Part shown: positions 26,199 through 36,430 of the stretch, in pieces
How the letters are laid out: the number at the start of each line of letters is the position of its first letter
How positions within the stretch are numbered: the stretch's first letter is position 1
Source of the DNA: a virus
Taxonomy: Duplodnaviria; Caudoviricetes
IMG/VR virus record: IMGVR_UViG_3300030419_005497
Coordinates: 1 to 52,264 of that record
Length of the DNA stretch: 52,264 bases
Direction: 5' to 3' (one strand)
The notes under the pieces: model-generated
Database searches by the model: none
What the model was told of the DNA's origin: nothing
The model's input: the letters and a program-made list of their open reading frames with translations, nothing else
Translations under genes and position numbers: made by a program

Positions 26199-26698
26199 TA
26201 TTTGGTTCTTTCATAGCCAAATGGCGCATTTGGCCAAGGGTTTATGCCCACCGAAACTCTTTGCCCTCTAATAACTGGCGAAACCCCATGAAACATAACG
26301 CTAGGAAATATTATCATACTATTTGTTTTTGGCTCGACGGTTAAATGATCCGTGTAAAAAGTACCACCATTTAATTCCTTGATCAAAGGGTAATATACCA
26401 TACTTACCATTGGGTGCTTTTCCTCCCCTGTTTCAAGAAAGCGTACTTCGTCTCTATCTACATGGTAAGAAACATAATCAGTGTAATTATGATGCATCTC
26501 AAAACCAGCCATATCCGACAAATCTACATAATCATTTACTATTTTGAGGATCGCCTTTACAGAATCGAATTTTAAATTTAAAAGATTTTGATTGTACCAA
26601 AAGTCCCCCAAGCCATTTGTTTCTGCATCATCGTAGTTATGATTTAAGATCTCCTCTCTTAGCTCACCACTTAAAACATCATGTAAAATTCGTATCAT
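26198..26698 (-). CDS. 2OG-Fe(II) oxygenase
   Basis: HVDRD, S.V.YP....GG, P..N...IF....HGV..V..G.R.S. Confidence 0.85.
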   Translation of the reverse strand: MIRILHDVLSGELREEILNHNYDDAETNGLGDFWYNQNLLNLKFDSVKAILKIVNDYVDLSDMAGFEMHHNYTDYVSYHVDRDEVRFLETGEEKHPMVSMVYYPLIKELNGGTFYTDHLTVEPKTNSMIIFPSVMFHGVSPVIRGQRVSVGINPWPNAPFGYERTK

Positions 26699-26701
26699 GA
26701 A

Positions 26702-27049
26702 CTACTCTTTCCAAGCTATCTCTATTAAGTTTTCCCCAAAAAATTCTTCAGTGTATTTAACAGGTGTTTTAGGATCAAAAGCTCTGCAAGTATAAACATC
26801 CACAGAAAAGAAGCAGGGCTTTCTATCGTCCCAAGCGTAAATGTGCATACCACTTTCCTTCCAATGAACGTAAGCGCACCAACCATAATCGGGATCATAG
26901 TTGCAGAAAGGGGCAGTTGCTTCAGTCATGTTTAGGACTTTAGTGATTTCACGGCAATACCTATCCATATCTTCAGGCTTGAAAGGGTTATGAAGAGTGC
27001 CTTCAATAACAATTCTTTGTCTGCATATGTCAGGAGCTAGGTCTTTCAT
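26702..27049 (-). CDS. S-adenosylmethionine decarboxylase-like proenzyme
   Basis: ES pyruvoyl-cleavage site (WKESGMHIYAW) and SVDVYTC motif. Confidence 0.7.
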   Translation of the reverse strand: MKDLAPDICRQRIVIEGTLHNPFKPEDMDRYCREITKVLNMTEATAPFCNYDPDYGWCAYVHWKESGMHIYAWDDRKPCFFSVDVYTCRAFDPKTPVKYTEEFFGENLIEIAWKE

Positions 27050-27366
27050 AAATCTTTTAACTTTTTAACATCATACCCATCTTCTTTAGCTAGACCCTTT
27101 TCGAGTAGCTCTACAAAAAACTCCTGTATTCCTTTATTGCTGACTCGCTTACGATTTTTTTCTTTCTTAAAGAGTTCGTCAAAAGCCTTATTAGTAGAAA
27201 TTTCCATAGAGCAGGTATCGTTTGGGTTGTCTTTAATGTCATGTACATAAACCCTTGGAAAATCACTAGACATGACTTCTTCAAAAGATTCGTCGTTTAG
27301 AAAATCATCCGTATCTCCAACGGCCCAGTCTTTTTTCTCTAATCGTTCTTTTTTATTTTTCTTCAT
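27046..27366 (-). CDS. hypothetical protein
   Basis: 106-aa ORF with ATGA overlaps. Confidence 0.65.
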   Translation of the reverse strand: MKKNKKERLEKKDWAVGDTDDFLNDESFEEVMSSDFPRVYVHDIKDNPNDTCSMEISTNKAFDELFKKEKNRKRVSNKGIQEFFVELLEKGLAKEDGYDVKKLKDL

Positions 27367-27602
27367 GATTCTATTTCATGGTCTTTAAATTCTATTTCAG
27401 TCGCCACAAGAACTGACGTGTCCTTTATGTCTCTCAATATTTGTTCCGCTTGTTCTACCGCTTCTTCTTCGGTTTCTCCAACGATAGTAATTGGGTCTTC
27501 GGTGTGGGCATAAATACTACCGTCTTCATTATAAAAGACTTCATGTATGCTATACCAAGTAACTCCGTCCTTTTCGTGTTTTATGATTCTATTGTTCCAC
27601 AT
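27363..27602 (-). CDS. conserved phage hypothetical protein
   Basis: WN.R.......Y.IHEV.Y..DG.....T..P....GE pattern. Confidence 0.75.
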   Translation of the reverse strand: MWNNRIIKHEKDGVTWYSIHEVFYNEDGSIYAHTEDPITIVGETEEEAVEQAEQILRDIKDTSVLVATEIEFKDHEIES

Positions 27603-27793
27603 TTTTTCTTTTTAATCCCGTCGATTTCCACGGGATTGTTTTTTTGTTTTTCGTATTCTCGCCCCGCCTCAAAAGCCTGTCGGCAAAGTTTTTTAGCCAA
27701 CTCTACTACCGCCAAAGTATTTAGGGAAAGGTCTGACTTCAAAGGTCTTGGGCCTTCGCTTTCTTTCCACCATTCTTCAAATTCCATTTTCAT
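27581..27793 (-). CDS. hypothetical protein
   Basis: 70-aa ORF (FEEWW...AF.AG pattern). Confidence 0.65.
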   Translation of the reverse strand: MKMEFEEWWKESEGPRPLKSDLSLNTLAVVELAKKLCRQAFEAGREYEKQKNNPVEIDGIKKKKCGTIES

Positions 27794-28136
27794 TTTCTTC
27801 TTTTTCCATCTCTCTTACCCACTCAGTAACGTGGTCGTATTCATCCTGAATCCACGTACAAAGCTGTCTTGATTCTTCTTTACGTAAAACTAACTGGTCG
27901 TCATAATAATTGCCCTTAAATAAAGCCAAGTAACACAGCTTCAGTCTCATCCACCAAGTTAACTTAACGGGGTTTATACCCTCTCGCCAAAAACTAACAT
28001 AGATTTCTTCTTCGCCGTCAAACTTGGTAAGTAGCATACCTTCGCCGTGACAACTGCATTTTATGAATTTTTCTCGATCAGCCATTCTTTCCAAATACTT
28101 CGTTTGATTGCTGAGTGACTCTAACGAAAGTTGCAC
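27777..28136 (-). CDS. hypothetical protein
   Basis: ORF with CSCH; likely start MADRE at 28085. Confidence 0.65.
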   Translation of the reverse strand: MQLSLESLSNQTKYLERMADREKFIKCSCHGEGMLLTKFDGEEEIYVSFWREGINPVKLTWWMRLKLCYLALFKGNYYDDQLVLRKEESRQLCTWIQDEYDHVTEWVREMEKEENENGI

Positions 28137-29238
28137 ATTTGGGCATATCCTTTATCCTCTTAGCCCCAATATAAGTACAAGTAGAGCGCAACCCGCCAAG
28201 AATACTTTCCATAGTGTCTTTAAGTCTTCCGCGATGTTTTATCCTTACTGTTTTTCCTTCTGACGAACGATAGCTCGCAACGCCACCATGATACTTGTTC
28301 ATGGCTGTATCAGAACTCATTCCGTAAAATGCTTTGTAAGTCTCTCCATTTACTATTTCTTCTTGCCCCGCTGATTCATTATGACCAGCCAGCATCCCGC
28401 CCAACATAACAAAATCAGCACCAGCACAAAAGGCCTTGGCCACATCGCCAGCGCACACGCACCCCCCATCAGCCATAATATGCCCACCAATCCCATGTGC
28501 AGCATCCGCGCATTCAATGACCGCGCTGAGTTGAGGATAACCCACACCAGTTTGTATACGAGTAGTACAGACAGACCCGCCGCCAATGCCCACTTTAACA
28601 ATATCTGCTCCACTTAAAAGTATCTCCTCTGTCATTTCGCCAGTAACAACATTGCCAGCGATTATAATAATATGCGGAAATTCTTCACGCACCCTTTTAA
28701 TAAAATCGCAGAACTTGGCACTATAACCATTTGCGATATCAATACAAACAAACTGATTATGGTAAAAATTCCATTGAATGTTTCTAAGATAATCTAAATC
28801 ATCGGTATCTTTTTCGCTATATTTGATTCCAATAGAGGGCGAGAGATGCTTGTAAATTCTGTTTTGCCAACGATCTGAATCTCTATCATATTCCCAATTC
28901 TCTTCATTGGCTTCTTTCTGCTCCTTATTCTTCCAAACTCCATAGCCATTCAATTTGTGCGCCCAAACATCACCATCGTAATGTTTACTTATGCAAGTTA
29001 GGCCGTGATACTGAGCGAGAACTTTACCTGTCTCAAAAGTTCCTACTGTATCCATGTTTGAAGCAACGATAGGAACACCTGTCCAACCGTAACTCGGATT
29101 ACCAGCACCATCTGCCCCAGCGTTCTTGAAGGTGAAAGTACGCATCAAGTCTACCTCACTACGAGACGTAAGCTCTGATCGCTTTGGGCGTAAAAGAACG
29201 TCTTTATAGTCCAGCTTTATATCTGACTCAATTCTCAT
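28078..29238 (-). CDS. guaC: GMP reductase
   Basis: [64 protein letters not shown]. Confidence 0.95.
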   Translation of the reverse strand: MRIESDIKLDYKDVLLRPKRSELTSRSEVDLMRTFTFKNAGADGAGNPSYGWTGVPIVASNMDTVGTFETGKVLAQYHGLTCISKHYDGDVWAHKLNGYGVWKNKEQKEANEENWEYDRDSDRWQNRIYKHLSPSIGIKYSEKDTDDLDYLRNIQWNFYHNQFVCIDIANGYSAKFCDFIKRVREEFPHIIIIAGNVVTGEMTEEILLSGADIVKVGIGGGSVCTTRIQTGVGYPQLSAVIECADAAHGIGGHIMADGGCVCAGDVAKAFCAGADFVMLGGMLAGHNESAGQEEIVNGETYKAFYGMSSDTAMNKYHGGVASYRSSEGKTVRIKHRGRLKDTMESILGGLRSTCTYIGAKRIKDMPKCATFVRVTQQSNEVFGKNG

Positions 29239-29542
29239 CTAAATCCAGAGTGTTTGTCCCTGCCCTTTTAACTAAGTCTAATCTTTCCTTTAGATCTTCA
29301 GATAGCCATTTTTTAGCCAACTTCTCATTTTTTATCGCTTGGTCATACAGGAAACATATGTATTCAGAATTAATTGACCCAAGTAGCTTATCAAGGGTTA
29401 AGAAATAATTTTGGAGCTTCTTGTCCATGAGCTTGAATTGCCCTTTGTGCTGCCCTTTGGATTCGACAATGCTTCTAACGCAAAATTGCATTGAGGAAAG
29501 TTGCTCGTAAGCAGTTCTTCTATTTCTATGTTTTGTTATCAT
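29228..29542 (-). CDS. hypothetical protein
   Basis: ORF 29228-29611; start taken at MITKH (ATGA overlap). Confidence 0.6.
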   Translation of the reverse strand: MITKHRNRRTAYEQLSSMQFCVRSIVESKGQHKGQFKLMDKKLQNYFLTLDKLLGSINSEYICFLYDQAIKNEKLAKKWLSEDLKERLDLVKRAGTNTLDLDEN

Positions 29543-29721
29543 TCGTAATTTTTCCTCATTCTCATCAAGTAATGATGATGCATCCTTACATAAGGAGGGC
29601 AATCGGGGCAATCTCCGTTAATTAATTTGTCGCCGCAAACTTCGCACTTTTCTGTATTTTTATTTTTGAGGGCTTGATCCTCAAGGTCTTTGATTATCTT
29701 TTGCTTCTCTTCCTCCGTCAC
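29539..29721 (-). CDS. small CxxC...CxxC protein
   Basis: CEVC...CPDC. Confidence 0.6.
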   Translation of the reverse strand: MTEEEKQKIIKDLEDQALKNKNTEKCEVCGDKLINGDCPDCPPYVRMHHHYLMRMRKNYE

Positions 29722-30236
29722 CCAAGCTCTTTCAGACCATCAAGCAAACTTTTAAAAGTATCTTCCGAGTCTCTGTCAGTATTTAAAGTCATTGAAGGGC
29801 TGCCGTCCTCAAAGTCTTCAACATGGTATTCCCTTCTCATCTGTCTTTGAGAGGTTAGCAAGATGCTGAACACTTGTCCAGCATTATTTTTCGTAAGTTC
29901 ATCCCTCAGTTCCTCATAAGGGTTAACAAGGCATAACACCACATCTGTATTGTCTTTTACTGGGCGACCTTGAATACTATTCCCGCCATCTGATTTACAG
30001 TAAATCGCAACCCAATCATTTTTGACTGATTTTTTATTTAGGTATGTTGCTACGGCGTTGGCATTTCTAATATTCTCCACTCGCCCTTCTTTGCCGTAAT
30101 TTTTGTTAGTAAACATTTCTCTAAATTCATCTCCGTCAATGATGAAGGGGGTATTTAGATGGTCGGCAAGCATTTTGCCTAAAGTGGTCTTTCCTGAAGC
30201 TGGTTGACCATATAAAACGTATATCATTTCTCTCAA
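29718..30236 (-). CDS. adenylylsulfate kinase (CysC)-like P-loop kinase
   Basis: GQPASGKTTL, IDGD.FR, Y..EGR..N, V.P....R motifs. Confidence 0.75.
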   Translation of the reverse strand: MREMIYVLYGQPASGKTTLGKMLADHLNTPFIIDGDEFREMFTNKNYGKEGRVENIRNANAVATYLNKKSVKNDWVAIYCKSDGGNSIQGRPVKDNTDVVLCLVNPYEELRDELTKNNAGQVFSILLTSQRQMRREYHVEDFEDGSPSMTLNTDRDSEDTFKSLLDGLKELG

Positions 30237-30460
30237 CTTTCGGCTTCTGGCCCCCTTGGCCCCTTCACTCCATAAGATCCATTCACTCTTTTCCCTTTGC
30301 TATCCACCATCATTTCCCCACATCCCTCGCACAAAACTATAATGACCTCACCATCTTTACAAAGGTCTTTAAAATCATTTAATTCCGCCTCTACGCCAAG
30401 CACCTCGTATACGCAATCCCAACAAAAATCGGCCATGACTATATATCCCAATCGTCGCAA
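30233..30460 (-). CDS. small Zn-finger-like protein
   Basis: ADFCWDC...LCEGCG...VD..G. Confidence 0.65.
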   Translation of the reverse strand: MRRLGYIVMADFCWDCVYEVLGVEAELNDFKDLCKDGEVIIVLCEGCGEMMVDSKGKRVNGSYGVKGPRGPEAES

Positions 30461-30801
30461 GCCATATCCATAATTACTTCGGGCGAATAATCTGGATTAG
30501 CTTGTGCTATCCTTATAGCGGAAAGAACAACCTCTTGAGTCAAGCCCCATTGCTCTGCTTGTTGGAGGTAATACCCTATGTCTGGGCTAATCTCATCTGA
30601 CATAATCTAGTAATATGTTAAGTGTTCAATCCTTGCCAGAAATTCGTCCACATCTTCAATTGCCATTCTTTGTTTTACGGTGAGATCCCAATGAGTTTTG
30701 GGAGGGTTCTTTTTCATCTCCTCAACGACAATAAAGGATTCTTCTAGCGTTAAATAATCTTCTTTCCAATTCATTTTTTCCTCTCGAAAGAATGTTTTTA
30801 C

Positions 30802-31338
30802 TTACCTCAATTCTTTCCTTAGTAGCCTCCAACGGTCACTATCGATCTTCTTTTCCCCAGAGTCAATCTTCTTAATCATATCTAGGACTTCATCTATGCT
30901 ATCATAGATATACTTGTCTATTTTCATACCCATCATCCAAAGAGGTGTTTGAGATTTGCCGCCCTGCATGGAAATAAAAATAGGCTTTTTCATCCTGACT
31001 GCGGTAACGATTTCTTCCGCACTTCCCCAACTTGCAACTTCGGGGAGTAAATGAGCTATAATGAAATCAGATCTATCAACAAGATTAAGGTCGTAGCTTC
31101 TAACGATACTCATTCTTTCTACTACATCGCTATAATGACCATTGGTCATATCTTCAGCCATTCTAAGGCGAGCAGACTCATCCTCGTCTACATCCTTAAC
31201 AAAAGGTTTTCGATAGGGGTTAAACGTAATAATATTTAATTTTTGAAGCTCGTCTTCGACTTTGACCCTCCAATCTTGGCCATCTGCATACTGCATATGG
31301 CCGACTAAATACGTTCTGGTTCTTTCTAATAGGTTCAC
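30802..31338 (-). CDS. nucleoside 2-deoxyribosyltransferase-like protein
   Basis: YL.G.M....DWR, F.P, DL..V..SD.I, S.G...E...A...KP. Confidence 0.8.
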   Translation of the reverse strand: MNLLERTRTYLVGHMQYADGQDWRVKVEDELQKLNIITFNPYRKPFVKDVDEDESARLRMAEDMTNGHYSDVVERMSIVRSYDLNLVDRSDFIIAHLLPEVASWGSAEEIVTAVRMKKPIFISMQGGKSQTPLWMMGMKIDKYIYDSIDEVLDMIKKIDSGEKKIDSDRWRLLRKELR

Positions 31339-31339
31339 A

Positions 31340-31540
31340 TTACCTCCAGAGTCTATCTTCTGCCGCTTGTTGCTTGGCTGCGTACTTGGCCTTTCTTTTC
31401 TTCTCGTAATTCACTCGACTCTTCTTTTGGTAAAACTTTCTATCTCTTACCTCTATCAGAGTTTTTTCCTTCGCTGTTTTTCTTCTCAGGGCTTTTAAGG
31501 CTAGTTCTAGATGGCCTCCTTTTACGTTTACTTCTGTCAT
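31340..31540 (-). CDS. rpsU: ribosomal protein bS21
   Basis: V.V.....E.AL..L.RK......E.R.R..Y.K.S....EK.RKA, 66 aa, basic. Confidence 0.8.
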   Translation of the reverse strand: MTEVNVKGGHLELALKALRRKTAKEKTLIEVRDRKFYQKKSRVNYEKKRKAKYAAKQQAAEDRLWR

Positions 31541-31665
31541 AATTTTTCTTTAATATTTTGGTTATATCTAATTTTATACTTTTCACCGCCTGAAATCCAT
31601 AAAGACCCACCCTCTTTGAATGTGTGTCTTCTGACTCGGCAAGGTTTTTGTAGTAGATTAATTTG

Positions 31666-32025
31666 TCATCCACCACCTTTATTATGTCTAATACCGTTTT
31701 CTGGTTCATATCTTTGGTATAGTTCAGTCAAGGCTTTGTCTGTATGCATTTTAAAATCTTCATATTTTATTTCATGAATGGATCTTAGCTCTATTACCTT
31801 CCCGTATAAATCGCCATCAAAATCGCAAATATAGACTTCAATTACTTCAGGGGAAGTTGCAAAAACTGAAATCATACATATTCCAAGAATGTCGCCCTCT
31901 GTAAGACATTCCCCTATATAACTACCAATTGAGAGTTTTGGGCTAGACTGTGAAATATTTGCGGTGGGCAGAAGCCTCCAATTTTTATATTTGCCCTGAC
32001 CGAAAATAACCTTTCCCTTTATCAT
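31666..32025 (-). CDS. monofunctional riboflavin kinase-like protein
   Basis: G.V..G.G....PTANI and E.YI.DFDGDLYG..I (RibF C-terminal kinase domain). Confidence 0.75.
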   Translation of the reverse strand: MIKGKVIFGQGKYKNWRLLPTANISQSSPKLSIGSYIGECLTEGDILGICMISVFATSPEVIEVYICDFDGDLYGKVIELRSIHEIKYEDFKMHTDKALTELYQRYEPENGIRHNKGGG

Positions 32026-33002
32026 TTTATCAAGCTTCTGACTTTTCTTATAATGTAATCTTCATCCGACTTTAGTACCCAACTCGGATTATATTTCATT
32101 GAGTTATTGTTTAAGTCGTAATCTATATCGTAGATTTTCAAATCGTGAATCATTTTCACCTTAGAAATACCAGCAAAAGCAAAAATCTCTAAAGTCTTTT
32201 TGAGTTTAATAACTGCCCTGAAAGCAAAGTCTACTTCGGCTGCTCTCTGCTTCGCGTCTTTAGCCTTATCTTCCTTGAATAGCTTTTTATCCATTATTTC
32301 CTTGGCTGCTCCTTGGATACTTTTAGATTCAAGACCTATTAATTTACTTTTATACTCGCGGATTATTTTCCCTTTTTTCTCGCAAGCTGGCTTTTCCAAG
32401 ATTGAGGCTTTAGTCCAAACTTTTCTGCCGTCTCCGCTCCACCTTGGACTTGGAGAACAATCGCCTCTCTTACCTTTTCTCCACTTCGTCCCTACTGTTT
32501 TTTGAGTTTGAGTAATCACTCTGTAAAACAGCTTCCCCTTGTTATTGGTAAATATATGAGGGACGATATTCACCGCTCTAGGAATATCATCAGTTCTATC
32601 TCTTTTAATCCAATCTAGTTGTTTTAATTGTCCCACCTTGCTTTCTCTTTTTTTTAGGTCTTGCTTAGATATAGGCTTTAAATACCCATTAGATTCCGAA
32701 ATAATTCTTTTGATATCTTTCTTTAGGAGATAGTTATTCTTATCTATCATGGTGTCGAAAGATGGAGAGTATCTGCACTCTTTTTTGGGGTCTGAAACAG
32801 ACAAGACAATCCTCGCCTTTCCCGAAAGCTCCCCCTTTTTTATTCTTCCGTAATACCACCTTTTGATTTTCTTTACGGCTTCTTCTCTAGTTCTACAAGA
32901 AACCTTCTTAACCTGTTTGTTATTATAATATGCTGTGTACTCTGTCATATTAGTTAAACTCTCCGATATTAAGGGAGTCGTATAACTTTCTAGTTTTCTC
33001 AT
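32022..33002 (-). CDS. basic hypothetical protein
   Basis: 326-aa Lys/Arg-rich ORF, no recognised motif; start uncertain. Confidence 0.7.
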   Translation of the reverse strand: MRKLESYTTPLISESLTNMTEYTAYYNNKQVKKVSCRTREEAVKKIKRWYYGRIKKGELSGKARIVLSVSDPKKECRYSPSFDTMIDKNNYLLKKDIKRIISESNGYLKPISKQDLKKRESKVGQLKQLDWIKRDRTDDIPRAVNIVPHIFTNNKGKLFYRVITQTQKTVGTKWRKGKRGDCSPSPRWSGDGRKVWTKASILEKPACEKKGKIIREYKSKLIGLESKSIQGAAKEIMDKKLFKEDKAKDAKQRAAEVDFAFRAVIKLKKTLEIFAFAGISKVKMIHDLKIYDIDYDLNNNSMKYNPSWVLKSDEDYIIRKVRSLIK

Positions 33003-33390
33003 CGAGGTAAATTTCCTCGACGAATTCTAACATGGTCGGACCATCTGAGTCATTAAAATGGTCAAATTTCATCTCCCTAGTTTTCCATAGAATGGACATC
33101 ACATTTGAAGCCCCTTGATTGTCTTTATCTAGCTTATAGTAAACTTTATCTTCCGCTTTTATTTTGGATATAAAAACTTCGCACTCAAACTTTCTGCTCA
33201 GGATGATTCCCTTAATAATCGCAGCATAAAGCTGTGGGTTATTCTCACCCATGTGATCCATCCATTTCTTTCTAGCTTCTTTTTTTGATACTAAAATACC
33301 CTGTTCGAACATTATTGTCGTGTTCGGAGGGGGCGTAGAAGAGCAGCCTGAGAAAATAATGAGTAGACAAATTGGGAACAAATTCTTCAT
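32950..33390 (-). CDS. putative lipoprotein
   Basis: MKNLFPICLLIIFSG-C lipobox. Confidence 0.7.
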   Translation of the reverse strand: MKNLFPICLLIIFSGCSSTPPPNTTIMFEQGILVSKKEARKKWMDHMGENNPQLYAAIIKGIILSRKFECEVFISKIKAEDKVYYKLDKDNQGASNVMSILWKTREMKFDHFNDSDGPTMLEFVEEIYLDEKTRKLYDSLNIGEFN

Positions 33391-33423
33391 TTGCCTCGAT
33401 ATTATTTATGGAAATTAATTAAG

Positions 33424-34203
33424 TCAAGGATTTTTAGCTTTATACCTCAAGGTTTCATCTACCTCAAGCCATGCTGATGGGTCGGGGTCATCTAAGAAGC
33501 TCGCTATATCTTCATAAAAATTACCACGATCCATCCAATCCATTGCTTTATAGGTGTAAGTTTCCAGTAATTTTTTGACCTGTTTAACTTCATCGAAGGC
33601 TATATGGCCCCCATGAATATTTGATTTTTTGTCCATTTCATCAAATTCTTTGAAGTTTTCTTGAATCTTTTTATTGGACTCTCTGCTGGTAGAAGAAATC
33701 ATATCTAACTTAATATCTTCATCTATTTTTAGATCTAAAAAACCTTCCAACTCGGAAAATATATAATCGTAGTCGTAAGCAAATTTTTCATAAAGTAAAA
33801 CTAATTGTGGCCCCCTGTACTTCTTCTTAAATTCATCCATGTAGATAAGTTGTTTCTTGTAATGATAAGAGTCTGTCCACAGAAGTGCTTCATGTTTTAA
33901 TCTAAGTTGTGTTCCGTCAGGCATTACAACTTCAAATTGATTGTCTGGATCTTCAAAGTGAGTCACAAATTTTTCTGTATCCCCCTTGAATCTAGTGACC
34001 CTAATATAAGATAGTAAAGATTCCATAGTATCGCGCTCAGTAATAACGCATGGAGATTTACCATCTAACACATCCTGCGTGGTTCCCATAACGTGGAGCT
34101 TTTTTACATCTTCATTCTTTAGAATCTTTTTAATGCATTGCCATATTAAAGTAGATCCTGTGCGACTTGCACTCATTACGAAAACCTCTTCTTTGTTATT
34201 CAT
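33424..34203 (-). CDS. sulfotransferase-family protein
   Basis: S..RTGST PAPS-binding loop, RD....L.S, L.YE motifs. Confidence 0.7.
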   Translation of the reverse strand: MNNKEEVFVMSASRTGSTLIWQCIKKILKNEDVKKLHVMGTTQDVLDGKSPCVITERDTMESLLSYIRVTRFKGDTEKFVTHFEDPDNQFEVVMPDGTQLRLKHEALLWTDSYHYKKQLIYMDEFKKKYRGPQLVLLYEKFAYDYDYIFSELEGFLDLKIDEDIKLDMISSTSRESNKKIQENFKEFDEMDKKSNIHGGHIAFDEVKQVKKLLETYTYKAMDWMDRGNFYEDIASFLDDPDPSAWLEVDETLRYKAKNP

Positions 34204-35042
34204 GACTTCTTATCCAAATATACTTTCTTTTTTCTTTTATATAGGTCTTTGACTTTAAGCATGGCTATCCTTTCTATCTGCCTTATTCTTTCTCTAGTGA
34301 CGCTAAAAATCTTCCCTATCTCTTCCAAGGTCTGGGGTTCGTCTCCATCGATGCCAAATCTTCTTTCTAGGATTCTTCTTTCTCTTAAAGATAGCTCATG
34401 TAAAATTTTGTGTATTTCTCTAACGTGATTCTCGCCTTCTATTTTCTCAGAGGGGTCTTGAGTATTATTGTCTTTTATTACCTCGTTGAAGCTGTCGCTA
34501 TCCTCATCCTCTCCTACTTTAGAATCTAAAGAGATTATAGCAGATCCAGCCTCTATCATCTCGTTAACCTTCCTAACCGAAATGCCTAGCTCCTTTGAAG
34601 CCTCATTCGGGGTAGGCTTTCTGTCGTGTTTTTCTTGGAAAGCTTCGGCATATTTTAGATAATTTAAATAAATTTGCTTAAGGTAGCATGGCATCCTTAT
34701 CATAGACCCATGATTGCTCAAGGCTCTCATTATCTTTTGCCTTATCCAAAACCCTGCATAAGTAGAAAATTTTGCACCCTTTTGGGGATTGAATCTATCG
34801 ACTGCTTGAATTAAGCCTAGGTTTCCTTCGCTAACTAAATCTTCTAAATCCATGCCTAATCTTTCATAGGATCTAGCTATCTTGATAACTAGCCTTAAAT
34901 TACAGGCGATGAATTTGTTTTTGGCTTTTAGTCTTTCTTTCGGCTTGCCATTTTTTATCTTCAAATAAAGTTCGTTCTCTTCTTTTACCGTAAGAAGGTT
35001 TGGCAATTTTTGCTCTCCGTAAAAACTATACTCCGATTTCAA
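34200..35042 (-). CDS. RNA polymerase sigma70-family factor (RpoD/RpoS-like, regions 1.2-4)
   Basis: NLRLVIKIA, DLVSEGNLGL..AVDRF.P.KG.KFSTYA.FWIRQ, IR.P, SLD, L..RER.I...RFG, TLEEIG..F.VTRERIRQIE. Confidence 0.95.
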   Translation of the reverse strand: MKSEYSFYGEQKLPNLLTVKEENELYLKIKNGKPKERLKAKNKFIACNLRLVIKIARSYERLGMDLEDLVSEGNLGLIQAVDRFNPQKGAKFSTYAGFWIRQKIMRALSNHGSMIRMPCYLKQIYLNYLKYAEAFQEKHDRKPTPNEASKELGISVRKVNEMIEAGSAIISLDSKVGEDEDSDSFNEVIKDNNTQDPSEKIEGENHVREIHKILHELSLRERRILERRFGIDGDEPQTLEEIGKIFSVTRERIRQIERIAMLKVKDLYKRKKKVYLDKKS

Positions 35043-35464
35043 ACCACCCCCTTTGAGTTTATCTTGATTAATTCAATGCTATAAAAATCAAAAATGTCTT
35101 TGGCCTTAGTGTCTCTATCGTAATCTTCTGAATATATTACTCTAGGGATTTCATAGGCAGCTATTGCTGTGGCGCAAGCAGAACATGGAAGTAGCGTAAC
35201 CGCTAATATCTTACATTCTCCAGCTTTAAAGAGGGATAAGCAATTAGCTTCAGCGTGTATCATGTAAGGTCTGCGTAGGTCTCTATCTTCCCAAAAGACA
35301 TCTGAGACTTCTTTACCAGAAGCTAGTCCATTATATCCTACTCCAAGAACCTTATTGCTATAATCAAGCGCACACGCACCGACCTTTTTATGAGGATCTT
35401 CACTCCTCAAAGACGCAGTACGGGCAAGTTCTATCGCATACTCTTCCCAAGAAAGGCGACTCAT
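35039..35464 (-). CDS. dCMP deaminase
   Basis: RS.D...VGA, GYNG, IHAEAN, T..PCSAC. Confidence 0.9.
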   Translation of the reverse strand: MSRLSWEEYAIELARTASLRSEDPHKKVGACALDYSNKVLGVGYNGLASGKEVSDVFWEDRDLRRPYMIHAEANCLSLFKAGECKILAVTLLPCSACATAIAAYEIPRVIYSEDYDRDTKAKDIFDFYSIELIKINSKGVV

Positions 35465-35733
35465 TTGGTCTGGTTTTTAATATAATAGAATAATAAGGTC
35501 AAGTATAAAAGATTAATTATCGAAACAAATCCATAAGACAATTGAGTCCAAACAAAATCAGTAGTTGCGATAAAAAAATAGAAAGTCCAAAAATTCCAAC
35601 AAGAGAAAAAAACAATACTTAATTTGCTGATACCTTTTACATCTTTGTCTTTCCACAGTTTAAAAAGATTTAAAATGTAAAAGAAGCCAGCTATAAATAT
35701 AAACGAGCTATTAATTATATCATAAGTCTGCAT
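35461..35733 (-). CDS. PQ-loop/SemiSWEET-like small membrane protein
   Basis: three hydrophobic helices, K..KDKDVKGIS motif. Confidence 0.65.
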   Translation of the reverse strand: MQTYDIINSSFIFIAGFFYILNLFKLWKDKDVKGISKLSIVFFSCWNFWTFYFFIATTDFVWTQLSYGFVSIINLLYLTLLFYYIKNQTK

Positions 35734-36430
35734 TCTCTAAAATGGATAAAGTGCTCCTATATTCCCCCACTTCGAACACTGTACCTCCATTTTCTAAAAC
35801 GTCCACTTTTACATCATAATCATTGCCGCCCTCAAAGCACTTATCCCCAAAAAATACCATGTCCTTCGTTTTATTTTTTCTTATCCATTTACTAGCCAAA
35901 GACTTATTGTTGCCTTTGGGCTGTATATCTATGCTTATTTGGCCCCCTAGCTTTGCTTCTAGGTCTGGAAATTTTTCCTCTATTTCTGAAGTTATTCTTT
36001 GCCTCTCTAAATTCTCAATGTCCCACTCTTCGTAAGCGGATCTTTCATGATTACTTGAAGATCTACCAGCGGTAGTATAATTCATCATTCCTATCCTGCT
36101 CTCCCACCAAACAGCCTTCTTGTTTGGGTAAGAGGAGTTATTTCTTTGCTCGGATAAATATTTTAGAAGTTTTAAATTTGGCTTCCACAAATTTTCATAA
36201 ATTATTTTGTTATCAATAGTAAATTTGTTGCCCATATTAGAAAAAATACCCGCACATCTGCCCAGTAAGCTGGTGGGTAGCTGCTCTTTTATTTTCTTTT
36301 CGTTACTGCCAGTAACCAGATAAACATTTTTATCTTTCATCCAGCCCAAAAAAAACATCAGAAAACTGGCATCAATCTTCTGACGGGGAGGGGTTAATGT
36401 ATTATCTATATCGAAAAGAAAGGCCGTCAT
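35720..36430 (-). CDS. HAD-IIB phosphomannomutase (PMM/SEC53-type)
   Basis: FDIDNTLTPPRQ, VTGS, E.R.GM.N....GR, GGQISIDI.P.G..K, FFGDKCFEGGNDY. Confidence 0.88.
   Translation of the reverse strand: MTAFLFDIDNTLTPPRQKIDASFLMFFLGWMKDKNVYLVTGSNEKKIKEQLPTSLLGRCAGIFSNMGNKFTIDNKIIYENLWKPNLKLLKYLSEQRNNSSYPNKKAVWWESRIGMMNYTTAGRSSSNHERSAYEEWDIENLERQRITSEIEEKFPDLEAKLGGQISIDIQPKGNNKSLASKWIRKNKTKDMVFFGDKCFEGGNDYDVKVDVLENGGTVFEVGEYRSTLSILENADL

Noticed and set aside
32022-33002. Homing endonuclease or transposase call for the basic 326-aa ORF
   Set aside because: No HNH, GIY-YIG, LAGLIDADG, RuvC or DDE motif recognisable
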